A stretch of DNA of 64,000 nucleotides from positions 1,270 through 65,269 of IMG/VR virus record IMGVR_UViG_3300010052_000143; one strand, written 5' to 3'. Origin of the DNA: a virus. Taxonomy: Duplodnaviria > Caudoviricetes. The notes beneath the pieces were generated by a model. It did not search any database. It saw only the letters and a program-made list of their open reading frames with translations, and was not told the DNA's origin. Numbering within the stretch: position 1 is the stretch's first letter; every line of letters begins with the position of its first letter. Of the stretch, positions 56,562 through 64,000 are shown piece by piece. The position numbers and the translations under genes were made by a program.

Positions 56562-58249
56562 GCGGCTTCTTTCTCGCGAGGCTCAGCCGTCAGCGAATTT
56601 TCCATGTCTTTGGAATCCTGGTCGTAGATCGACGGATTGCCGTAGTACTCGTCCAGTTCGCGCTCGCGCTTGTTCTGGCGCGCAACGCGACGCCAATCGC
56701 CGCCGGACATCCGCGCGATCTCGTGTTCCTTGGTGGAGAGGCCGCCCTTGATCTTGAGCATCGCGGCCTGCGTCTCCTTGAGCGGGTCGATCTGCCCCTG
56801 CCCTGCGCCGATCCACTCGCATGCGCTGTACGCCTCGGCGTTCAAACCGTCGTAGAACAGCGGCACGTTTGGCCGCTTCAGGCATTCGAGCTGGTTGTAG
56901 TTGATCGCCTCTTCGAGCCAGAGCCGATAGATGAAGTTCGCGGTGGCATCGGCCACGGCGCGCTTCTTCGCCTGCATCGTCTTCCAGGTCTCGCCCATCG
57001 CGGCGCGGGCCGACGAGTAGTTCGTCTGGGTGTAATCGCGCGAAAGCTGTTCGTATGATACGCCGAGCGCCGCCGCGATGTAGCGCAGCAGGCTCATCTC
57101 GAACTTGTCGCCAACGGGCCCGTTGGCCCCGGGGTTCTGGATCTTGAGGTGGGTGCCGGGCGCAAAGATCGGAATCTTTGCGCCGTCCATATGCAGGTTC
57201 TTGGCGCCGCTGGAATATTCAGAAATGGCGTCGAGATACTGCCGCATCCACTGCGTTGTCGGATTGGCGTTTTCCCCAGTTGCCGCTCCGCCGAGTGCCG
57301 TCTGAACATCTTCGGGAATCTCGGATTCGATTGAGGCGGCGTAGGTGGCCGCCACCACTGCGCGTTCGAGTTCCGTTTTGCGGAAATGCTTGGTCATCCG
57401 CATTTCGGTGAGCGCCGAGACGATCTTCGAAATGCCCCGCGTCTGATCCGGTCGCATCGTCTCGAACAGATGCAGGATCATCGGTCGACCCCAGGGCTTT
57501 CGCGCCGGCACGCGCGTCCAAGTCGAGGCACTGAGGTCGGTGAAGTTGGCGAAACGCCCTTCGTTCGGATGGCTGTTGCGGATGTGGTATGCGACCGGCG
57601 CACCACGGCGATCACGTTCGACGCCGCGACGGATGCGTGAATTGGGGACCATGATCTGATCCATCGGCGTCGACAGCCGATCGGTGTCGATCATCTGCAT
57701 CGCGACGCGGAACGGACGGCCGTCATCGGGCATCCATTCCGCCGAGGCGAGGACTTCGCCGCCGGCCATGTCGACGCTCACCGCAAGGCGAATTTGGTCG
57801 GTGAAAACATTCCGGCGCGCTGCGTCGACCCATTTCTGCGGGCTTTCGGCCCACAACATGAATTTGGTCTCAAGCTCTTCCTGCGCCTCTGTTTCCCACT
57901 TCTCGTCCTCTTTGCCGAAGAGGACTTTGGTCTCTGGCTTGGCGTTCAGCTGGTAGCGCGCACCGACGATGGAATCCTTGTAGATCGATGCACCGCCGGA
58001 GACGTAGGCGTCGTTGGCAAACGTGTCGCGGACGCGGGCGTCGAGCGATTCCTTAACCGGCAGCAGATCGGCGTCAGCCGATCGCAGCACCGGATTCCAC
58101 ATCGCCAGTCGATCGGTCTTTTTGGCACCATCATAGGCGACGCCGCCCGACGCCACCGCCGAAGCGCCGGGCAACGCTACCAAGCCAGTTCCTACCGGGG
58201 AGACGCCGGTGTCTGGTCCTAGCAAGTCGGTGAGGTCGAATTCGCTCAT
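56558..58249 (-). CDS. Portal protein (lambda family)
   Basis: ARVRDTFAND, QTRGIS, GVSYEQLSRDYTQTNYSSARA, IDPLKE. Confidence 0.9.
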   Translation of the reverse strand: MSEFDLTDLLGPDTGVSPVGTGLVALPGASAVASGGVAYDGAKKTDRLAMWNPVLRSADADLLPVKESLDARVRDTFANDAYVSGGASIYKDSIVGARYQLNAKPETKVLFGKEDEKWETEAQEELETKFMLWAESPQKWVDAARRNVFTDQIRLAVSVDMAGGEVLASAEWMPDDGRPFRVAMQMIDTDRLSTPMDQIMVPNSRIRRGVERDRRGAPVAYHIRNSHPNEGRFANFTDLSASTWTRVPARKPWGRPMILHLFETMRPDQTRGISKIVSALTEMRMTKHFRKTELERAVVAATYAASIESEIPEDVQTALGGAATGENANPTTQWMRQYLDAISEYSSGAKNLHMDGAKIPIFAPGTHLKIQNPGANGPVGDKFEMSLLRYIAAALGVSYEQLSRDYTQTNYSSARAAMGETWKTMQAKKRAVADATANFIYRLWLEEAINYNQLECLKRPNVPLFYDGLNAEAYSACEWIGAGQGQIDPLKETQAAMLKIKGGLSTKEHEIARMSGGDWRRVARQNKRERELDEYYGNPSIYDQDSKDMENSLTAEPREKEAA

Positions 58250-58473
58250 CCCCAAACCGGCCGCAGCGGTCGGCGCGCATCGGCGGAAGTACCGGCAAGC
58301 TGCGCTTTGAGATCGGCGATGTAGGCTTTCAGACGAGAGACATTGGCGGACGTAAAGCGAATGCTCTCGCCGTTGCTGTCGCGAACTTCGACGGCGGCAC
58401 GACCGAGAACGAGATCGCGCATTGCGGCCTCTGCTTCGGCGAGCCATGTCTGCAGTTCGGAAGTTGTCGCCAT
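58246..58473 (-). CDS. Head-tail joining protein gpW
   Basis: LAEAEAAMRDLVLG..AVEVRDSNGESIRFT.AN...LKAYIADL. Confidence 0.85.
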   Translation of the reverse strand: MATTSELQTWLAEAEAAMRDLVLGRAAVEVRDSNGESIRFTSANVSRLKAYIADLKAQLAGTSADARRPLRPVWG

Positions 58474-58563
58474 CGAGAGTCCTGCCCGGAAGTTCCCAAC
58501 CCAGTTACAGTCAATTCGGTCATTTTGCAAGCATTGTGTGTATTTCACAGTATACGTGAAAGT

Positions 58564-60744
58564 TTACGCAAGCTTTTTGGCGAGCTCGGCAAACGTGGAT
58601 GCCGGCTTTGGTCCTGTCGGCGGCGGCTCGCTGATCCTTCCGCCGACCACCAGCTCGTTGGCATTCCACTCGGCGGCCCACGCCGGCGGCTGCTCCCAGT
58701 TGATGCGATGCATCTGGATATTCACCCATGGAAATTCGTTGCCTTCGATGGGTCGGTAGAGCAGGCCGACCGCGTAGGCGGTGAGATCGAATGCCTCGTT
58801 GCGACGGTTGCCGATCTTCTGCCAGCCTTTGGCAGATCGCATTTCGTTGGTCATCTGCGAATAGAACCACTTTGGCATCCAGTTCGGGTAGCGCAGCTTG
58901 CCTCCGCCGTCTTCCGCATCGTCCGCCGCAATACGTCGCGCCATCAGATTGGCCACTGTATCCTTGACCAGTGTGGAGCCGAAATGGATGCGCGGGATCG
59001 CGCCGCGCACGAGGGCGTTTTTCTGGCCCACGCCGATCTCGGTCATCACGGATTTCGCGATAGGCCAATCCTTCCTTGGCTCGCCCTTGCTTATGGCGAA
59101 CCTGCGGTGCGATCCATCGTTACGCGCCTTCAACCTCTGCCAGAATCGATATGCCTGGGTGGTGACGCCTTCTTCACCGTAGCCGTCAACGGACGCCATC
59201 CTGACGCGCATGCGCCGACCGCTGTCGTCCGCCAGTTCGTAGGTTTTGTTGAGGGCCTGTTCGACGAGCATGTCCCAGTCTTCCGCGAACGCGCGCGGAT
59301 CGATCGGAAGGTTGGCGCCGTCCGCATCGAGGCGGCGCGACGACTTGATCTTCCATCCGTCGATCACCACTAGGTCGCCGTTGGCCATTGCGCCGGTGGT
59401 CTGGCAGACGAAGCCATCCTTTTGGACGTCGACCGTGACGACGAGGAACCGAACACCTTCCGGCACCGTCGGATTCTCAGGTGTCGACCCCCAATCCTCG
59501 GCACGCTCGCGCAGTTCCTCGGGATTGCGCTCGGACAGCCGCGACTTGGAAACGTAGTACATCCCCTGGTCGGTCGTGACTGTCTTCCGTAACGGGCCTT
59601 CGTCACCCGTCTGCTCGTAGGCGCGCAGCGCGGTGATGTAGGCTTCGACCAGGTCGCCCCACGAGAAGTATCCGGCCGCCGGACCCTTCAACCAGAACGA
59701 CGCGATCTTGGAGCGGGCGATCTTCATGCCCGGCCGCGCAACCACTTTGCCGTCGACCGTCACCATCGCCCCATCCGGCACCCAAACGCCGCGGGAATTC
59801 ATGCGGTCTTTTTCACGCGGCTCGATCACGCAGCCAGTTGGACACAGCATGAAAACCGCCTCGACGGCCTCCGCGACGCTTGTCGCTTCCTCCCAGCCGC
59901 GCAGATGTTCGAAGCGGCCTTCAAAATACTCGCGGCAATGTGGGCACGGCCAGTACCAGCAGCGTCGATCGCCGCGCTGGTAGAGCTCGAAAATACCTGG
60001 CGACGGCGGCGCGGCGTGGGGGGAGTCGGGCACCCATTTCGGATCGGGCATTTCCTTGTCGGGATTCGGAGAGCTTTCGGCTGCCGTCATGCCGAAGCGG
60101 CCCTTGGTTCGCGTGCGAGTCGCCCCGAGATCGTAGGAGTTTGAACCCTCGGCAGCATTGTCGTCCATGCGATCGTAATCCATGAATCCAACCTTACCCA
60201 CCGTAATTGCGGACAGGTTACTCGCGGTCGGGAACGTTAGGTTGAATCGCATTCCAGACTTGAACTGCTTGTCGTAGGTGTTGTCGTACTGCCTGGCCGT
60301 TAGCTGGCGCGAACGCACATCGCTAGATGCGACCAAATAGCGATCGAACTCACCCTTCGACCACTTGCGGCCGTTCTTCGCATCGGTATGAACGATCAGC
60401 ATGTCGTCAGGATCATTCATGACCGTGTGCGTGAGCCAGTTCAGAAACATCACGGATTTGCCCGTTCTAGCTGGCCCCACGAATATCATGCCCCGATAGT
60501 CGAGGCTGGTCAGCAAGTCCTGCGGTTCGGCGATATATGGCGTCTTCTCCAGCGACCACGGGACCGTGCGTCCAGACCCGGAACCGATGCGCGTATAGCG
60601 CTGTGCCGACTCGGTAACCGTCAGCCGCTCACTAGGGCTGAACGTCTCGGCAACGTGCGCGATCAACTGCTCGAGGGACGGAAATGGTGCAGCGTCGATC
60701 AACTCGTTCAGCGTCGACGGCCGCATCGACTTATGAATCGTCAT
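58564..60744 (-). CDS. Terminase large subunit (GpA family)
   Basis: GPARTGKS, DYDRM, ESSP, WPCPHC..C, VTVDVQ, RNEAFDL. Confidence 0.92.
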   Translation of the reverse strand: MTIHKSMRPSTLNELIDAAPFPSLEQLIAHVAETFSPSERLTVTESAQRYTRIGSGSGRTVPWSLEKTPYIAEPQDLLTSLDYRGMIFVGPARTGKSVMFLNWLTHTVMNDPDDMLIVHTDAKNGRKWSKGEFDRYLVASSDVRSRQLTARQYDNTYDKQFKSGMRFNLTFPTASNLSAITVGKVGFMDYDRMDDNAAEGSNSYDLGATRTRTKGRFGMTAAESSPNPDKEMPDPKWVPDSPHAAPPSPGIFELYQRGDRRCWYWPCPHCREYFEGRFEHLRGWEEATSVAEAVEAVFMLCPTGCVIEPREKDRMNSRGVWVPDGAMVTVDGKVVARPGMKIARSKIASFWLKGPAAGYFSWGDLVEAYITALRAYEQTGDEGPLRKTVTTDQGMYYVSKSRLSERNPEELRERAEDWGSTPENPTVPEGVRFLVVTVDVQKDGFVCQTTGAMANGDLVVIDGWKIKSSRRLDADGANLPIDPRAFAEDWDMLVEQALNKTYELADDSGRRMRVRMASVDGYGEEGVTTQAYRFWQRLKARNDGSHRRFAISKGEPRKDWPIAKSVMTEIGVGQKNALVRGAIPRIHFGSTLVKDTVANLMARRIAADDAEDGGGKLRYPNWMPKWFYSQMTNEMRSAKGWQKIGNRRNEAFDLTAYAVGLLYRPIEGNEFPWVNIQMHRINWEQPPAWAAEWNANELVVGGRISEPPPTGPKPASTFAELAKKLA

Positions 60745-61435
60745 CGGTCACCGGTTCGTCGGGCAGTGTGCCGGCGGCGTTCAGTTCCATGTGGATGGTG
60801 TGAGCCATCGACTGTGTCTTGAACTGCTGTGGCATCTCGACCAGAGCCTTGCGAATCTGCTCGTTGAGCCGGTTCGTAGCGTCGATAATCGCGTTGTATT
60901 GCTCGTTGGTCAGCAAGTCCTTTTCGGGCAAATCGTCCACCCATGACTTGCTCTCCTCGCGGATCAGCATCAGGACGCGGCCGAAGACCATCATCACGTC
61001 TTCATCGTGCCAAAGCTGGTTCGACGATCGCATGACGCGGTTGCGCTGGTGCGCCGAGTCCCACCACATCTTGTTGACGTAGGGCGGCAGGCTGGCGGCA
61101 TTCTGTTGCGCGAACCAGTCCTCGATATTGCCCTGCGGCGGAATGAGGAATGACAGGGCGGTGATGAAATCATAGAGCGGCTGTTGCTTGCCGCCGTGGC
61201 TCGTCAACTTCTCGACCGGGCACTTTTCGAGCCGCTTCTGGATCTGCTTCGGCTGCTTGCCGAGGATATTGGCGAGGAAAGTGACGCCGACTGGACGCCG
61301 GAATTCGGTGTAGTGCGGCAGATCGGATGCCATCGCGGCTTGCAGCTTTGCCGCAGCCTCCTCACGCGTCGGCCGACCTGGACCGCGACGAGGTGGAGCG
61401 CTGTCGCCGAGCAATTCGGTCAAATCCCCACTCAC
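60731..61435 (-). CDS. Terminase small subunit (DUF1441-like)
   Basis: Directly upstream of terL; SLPPYVNKMWW...LWHDEDV. Confidence 0.7.
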   Translation of the reverse strand: MSGDLTELLGDSAPPRRGPGRPTREEAAAKLQAAMASDLPHYTEFRRPVGVTFLANILGKQPKQIQKRLEKCPVEKLTSHGGKQQPLYDFITALSFLIPPQGNIEDWFAQQNAASLPPYVNKMWWDSAHQRNRVMRSSNQLWHDEDVMMVFGRVLMLIREESKSWVDDLPEKDLLTNEQYNAIIDATNRLNEQIRKALVEMPQQFKTQSMAHTIHMELNAAGTLPDEPVTDDDS

Positions 61436-61617
61436 GAAAAATCACCATCCCTCTCGTCAAGAAATGCAGCACGATCGACGCGATGACCCTTGTCGCAGTG
61501 ATCGACATGAAAGCGGACCTGTTCGGATGGCCGCGCCTGCAGTTTCTCGCTCGGAAGGCGGTTCACCCTGCCTTCAGCGACGGCCTGCGCAATGAGATCG
61601 TGCAGGTCGTTCGTCAT
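61432..61617 (-). CDS. Hypothetical protein (61 aa)
   Basis: ATGA/GTGA overlaps with AlpA and terS. Confidence 0.55.
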   Translation of the reverse strand: MTNDLHDLIAQAVAEGRVNRLPSEKLQARPSEQVRFHVDHCDKGHRVDRAAFLDERDGDFS

Positions 61618-61793
61618 GCCAAAGTGGCCCTCACCCAAGCCTGAACATCACTGTTCGACCAGACTGATACGCGATGCGAGAGGCGTCTTGGCTTCGGAAA
61701 ACGCCCTTCGCTAACGCGGCGATAAATCGTCGCCTTTGGCATGGCGACGATCTCGCAAACGGTCTTCAAGCGGATCAATCGGTCTTCGGCCAT
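61614..61793 (-). CDS. AlpA-family HTH regulator / excisionase
   Basis: LIRLKTVCEIVAMPKATIYRRVSEGRFPKP..LS.RVSVW..SDVQAW. Confidence 0.85.
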   Translation of the reverse strand: MAEDRLIRLKTVCEIVAMPKATIYRRVSEGRFPKPRRLSHRVSVWSNSDVQAWVRATLA

Positions 61794-61955
61794 GCGCGAA
61801 ACTCCCTTCTCGTTCGCAATACCGATAATCACATTTTGCGTGACTTTCAACCCAATGTGTGAAAATTGAAGCGAGGCGATGGCGTTGGAGGAATGGTTAC
61901 CCAGGATCGCCCACGGTAACGAAATCGGCGAAGCGGTGGAGCAAGGAGAAAATCA

Positions 61956-62279
61956 ATGGCAACTGAACAGGTCGCACCCGTGCCGCAGATGACCGTAAAC
62001 GCAACCCTGTCGGTCGGAGCACCCACCTTCGCTACGCATGAGGGACTCCGAGCGTTCGGAAGTTACAAACTGGTACTGTTTGAGTGGGATGCCGTTGACG
62101 GCGCCTTTGCCTACGATCTGGAAGTGAATGGACGGACTTTCTCAACGACCGGACGACAGCTCGAAATACGCGCGGAAACTGATACGATCTATAAGGGTCG
62201 TGTTCGATCTGTCGCACGCGACGGTCAGCGCGGAGAATGGACGGGCCCTGTCTCAGTCAATACCGTCGACGTAGTATGA
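61956..62279 (+). CDS. Stand-alone fibronectin type III-like protein
   Basis: AAGGAGA RBS; LFEWDAVDGAFAYDLEVNG...YKGRVRSVARDGQRGEW. Confidence 0.6.
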   Translation: MATEQVAPVPQMTVNATLSVGAPTFATHEGLRAFGSYKLVLFEWDAVDGAFAYDLEVNGRTFSTTGRQLEIRAETDTIYKGRVRSVARDGQRGEWTGPVSVNTVDVV

Positions 62280-62373
62280 TTTTTCGGGGCGATCCTTCCA
62301 ACGCCGGATCGCTTAAACGACGCAGCTTAGCAGCGCGCCCGGGAATGCCGTAGGACTTCATTCCTTTTCCATC

Positions 62374-62408
62374 TTGACTCGTCCCATCATAGGGAACATG
62401 TAGAGAAC
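62374..62408 (+). promoter_or_regulatory. Promoter with alphaproteobacterial LexA box
   Basis: TTGACT -35 at 62374; GAAC-ATGTAGA-GAAC (GAAC-N7-GAAC) at 62394-62408. Confidence 0.75.
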
Positions 62409-62459
62409 ATCGCCGCTCCGAAGGGCGACCATCCAACATCTGACCGAACCGCGCACCGG

Positions 62460-63749
62460 ATGCGCCACGAGAGAGCTTTGCAATTGCGAAAGCCGGACAC
62501 GATCGAACGCCTCTATCTCGATTTCGACGGCTTCTTCGCCAGCGTCGAGCAGCAAGCCGATCGGCGGCTGCGCGGCCGGCCGGTCGGTGTGGTGCCATTC
62601 GAAGGAACTGATCGAACCTGTGTCATCGCCTGTTCGCGCGAAGCCAAGGCTTACGGCGTCAAGAACGTGATGAACATCGCCGAGGCGCGCGCGCTCTGCC
62701 CGGACATCGTGCTGGTGCCGCAGAAACCCGATCTCTACCGTCGCGCCCACAACACGCTGCTGGCCGAGATTGAATCGGTGGTGCCCATCGACACCGTGAA
62801 GTCTATCGACGAATTGACGTGCCGCCTCGACGAGGCCGGGCGCCGCGATCCGGAACTGCTGACGGCGCGGCTGAAGGCGACGCTGGCCGAGAATGTGGGA
62901 CCATTTCTCACCTGCTCGATCGGCTTCGCGGCCAACCGGCAACTGGCGAAAATGGCGTGCAAGGCCGGCAAGAAGTCGGGCGCACGTTATGGCGATGGGC
63001 TGATGATCTGGCGGCCGGAGGATTTGCCGGCGCCTCTGTTCAAGCTCGAACTGGCGGACGTTCCCGGTATCGGCGGCAGCATGGAACGCCGCCTATTCGG
63101 TGCCGGCGTCCAGACGGTCGAGCAGCTTTACCGCCTTCAGCCGAAGCACATGCGCAAGCTCTGGCACAACGTTACCGGCGAGCGACTCTGGTATGCCCTG
63201 CACGGCTACGACATCCAGGCGCCAGCCGCAGAACGGGGCATGTTTGGTCATGGCCGCGTGCTACCGCCCGAAAGCAGATCAATGAAGGGTGCCTACGAAA
63301 TTTGCCGCCTGCTGCTGACGAAGGCGGCGCGCCGGCTGCGCCGCGCCGGCTATTATTGCGGCGGCCTATGGCTCTGGCTGTCGATCCGAGACGGCCAATG
63401 GTCCGGCAAGATGAAGCTGCCGATCGTGCAGGACGACCAGGCGATACTTGCCGGCCTCGATGCCCTGTGGCGCCGGGTGAAGGCCGATCATCCCCGCGGC
63501 GTGCAGGTCTTTCGCGTCGGTGTCACCCTCTGCGATATCAGCCTCGCCGGCGAAAGGCAGTTGGATATGCTGCTCGACGACGACGTCACCCGCCAGAAGT
63601 GGGAGCGAGCCTCGGGCGCGGTCGACAATCTCAACGCCCGATATGGCGGAACCGTCGTCAGCCTCGGCATGTGGAAGCCCCCGGCCGGCGGTCATGTGGG
63701 CGGCAAAATCAGCTACACGCGCATTCCAACGGCGGAGGACTTCTGGTGA
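62460..63749 (+). CDS. Y-family (DinB/UmuC-like) translesion DNA polymerase
   Basis: YLDFDGFFASVEQ, SREAKAYGV, SIDE, CSIGFAANRQLAKMA; RQLDML clamp-binding-like motif. Confidence 0.9.
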   Translation: MRHERALQLRKPDTIERLYLDFDGFFASVEQQADRRLRGRPVGVVPFEGTDRTCVIACSREAKAYGVKNVMNIAEARALCPDIVLVPQKPDLYRRAHNTLLAEIESVVPIDTVKSIDELTCRLDEAGRRDPELLTARLKATLAENVGPFLTCSIGFAANRQLAKMACKAGKKSGARYGDGLMIWRPEDLPAPLFKLELADVPGIGGSMERRLFGAGVQTVEQLYRLQPKHMRKLWHNVTGERLWYALHGYDIQAPAAERGMFGHGRVLPPESRSMKGAYEICRLLLTKAARRLRRAGYYCGGLWLWLSIRDGQWSGKMKLPIVQDDQAILAGLDALWRRVKADHPRGVQVFRVGVTLCDISLAGERQLDMLLDDDVTRQKWERASGAVDNLNARYGGTVVSLGMWKPPAGGHVGGKISYTRIPTAEDFW

Positions 63750-64000
63750 GGGATTGGAAACAGAACATTCAGGCTCGCGATCTCGAAACCGACCAGCGGC
63801 TCGAAATGACATGCAAGAGCTGCGGTCACGTCCACTACCTGACGCGCGCGCTGATCTGCGTTTCGGCCGAGCGCGAATTCCTCTATCTCGACGAGGTGGA
63901 ACGGGAGACGATCTGCAAGGCGCGCGGCTGTCGCAGCGCGGTTCGGATGGCACTGATGCGCAAAGGCGACACCAGTGCTTTTGTCGGCGGAATGGCCTGA
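63746..64000 (+). CDS. Small Zn-binding protein (84 aa) coupled to the Y-family polymerase
   Basis: GTGA overlap; CKSC...CKARGC. Confidence 0.65.
   Translation: MRDWKQNIQARDLETDQRLEMTCKSCGHVHYLTRALICVSAEREFLYLDEVERETICKARGCRSAVRMALMRKGDTSAFVGGMA

Larger units (their letters stand above)
1..61864. mobile_element. Integrated temperate prophage (Chi/Nazgul-like siphophage organisation); minimum extent, left end outside window, right end unresolved (may reach 64000)
   Basis: Integrase, repressor, replication module, complete lambda-like head, tail and lysis modules; a shared operator motif from 1143 to 61864. Confidence 0.93.

Noticed and set aside
1143-61864. Interpreting the recurring motif as host CRP/FNR or CtrA sites
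   Set aside because: Half-site order and spacing (TCAC-N7-GTGA) differ from TGTGA-N6-TCACA and TTAA-N7-TTAA.
61865-62460. attR or tRNA remnant
   Set aside because: No tRNA 3' end recognised, and attL lies outside the window, so no direct repeat can be tested.
62819-63745. N-terminal 309 codons of the 393-aa ORF overlapping the Y polymerase
   Set aside because: Arg/Ala-rich off-frame sequence; only the last 84 codons (GTG 63746) look like a gene.

Overview
Almost the whole window is one integrated temperate siphophage of an alphaproteobacterial (Rhizobiaceae-like) host, running from a tyrosine integrase cut by the left edge to an AlpA/terminase operon near 61.8 kb. Gene content and order resemble Chi/Nazgul-type phages. 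The replication arm has Prim-Pol/VapE primase, DUF2800, DUF2815 SSB, DNA polymerase (here family B), VRR-NUC and SNF2 helicase. The head module is lambda-like (terS, GpA terL, gpW, portal, S49, D, E), followed by a long non-contractile tail and a lysis cassette. A LexA-box-controlled Y-family polymerase cassette at the right edge may be phage cargo or host DNA; no att site was identified. Non-routine signals: (1) a C5 methyltransferase split over two fully overlapping reading frames, with seven WxTP repeats; (2) about 25 copies of a TCAC-N7-GTGA operator or half-site at gene boundaries, including inside the late operon; (3) short peptide motifs shared by unrelated phage proteins (DL[ST][DE]LL[GD], C-terminal WLxAA, LLV, acidic-hydrophobic tails); (4) three ~55-bp repeats bracketing moron cassettes, one with a GNAT-like plus small-protein pair; (5) a C4-type antisense RNA ahead of a duplicated-domain antirepressor, whose internal 21-bp palindrome recurs in a promoter; (6) a lambda-like cos candidate beside iteron-like repeats. 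All product calls come from motif recognition by eye; no database searches were run. Several start codons were re-picked from RBS and stop/start overlaps.
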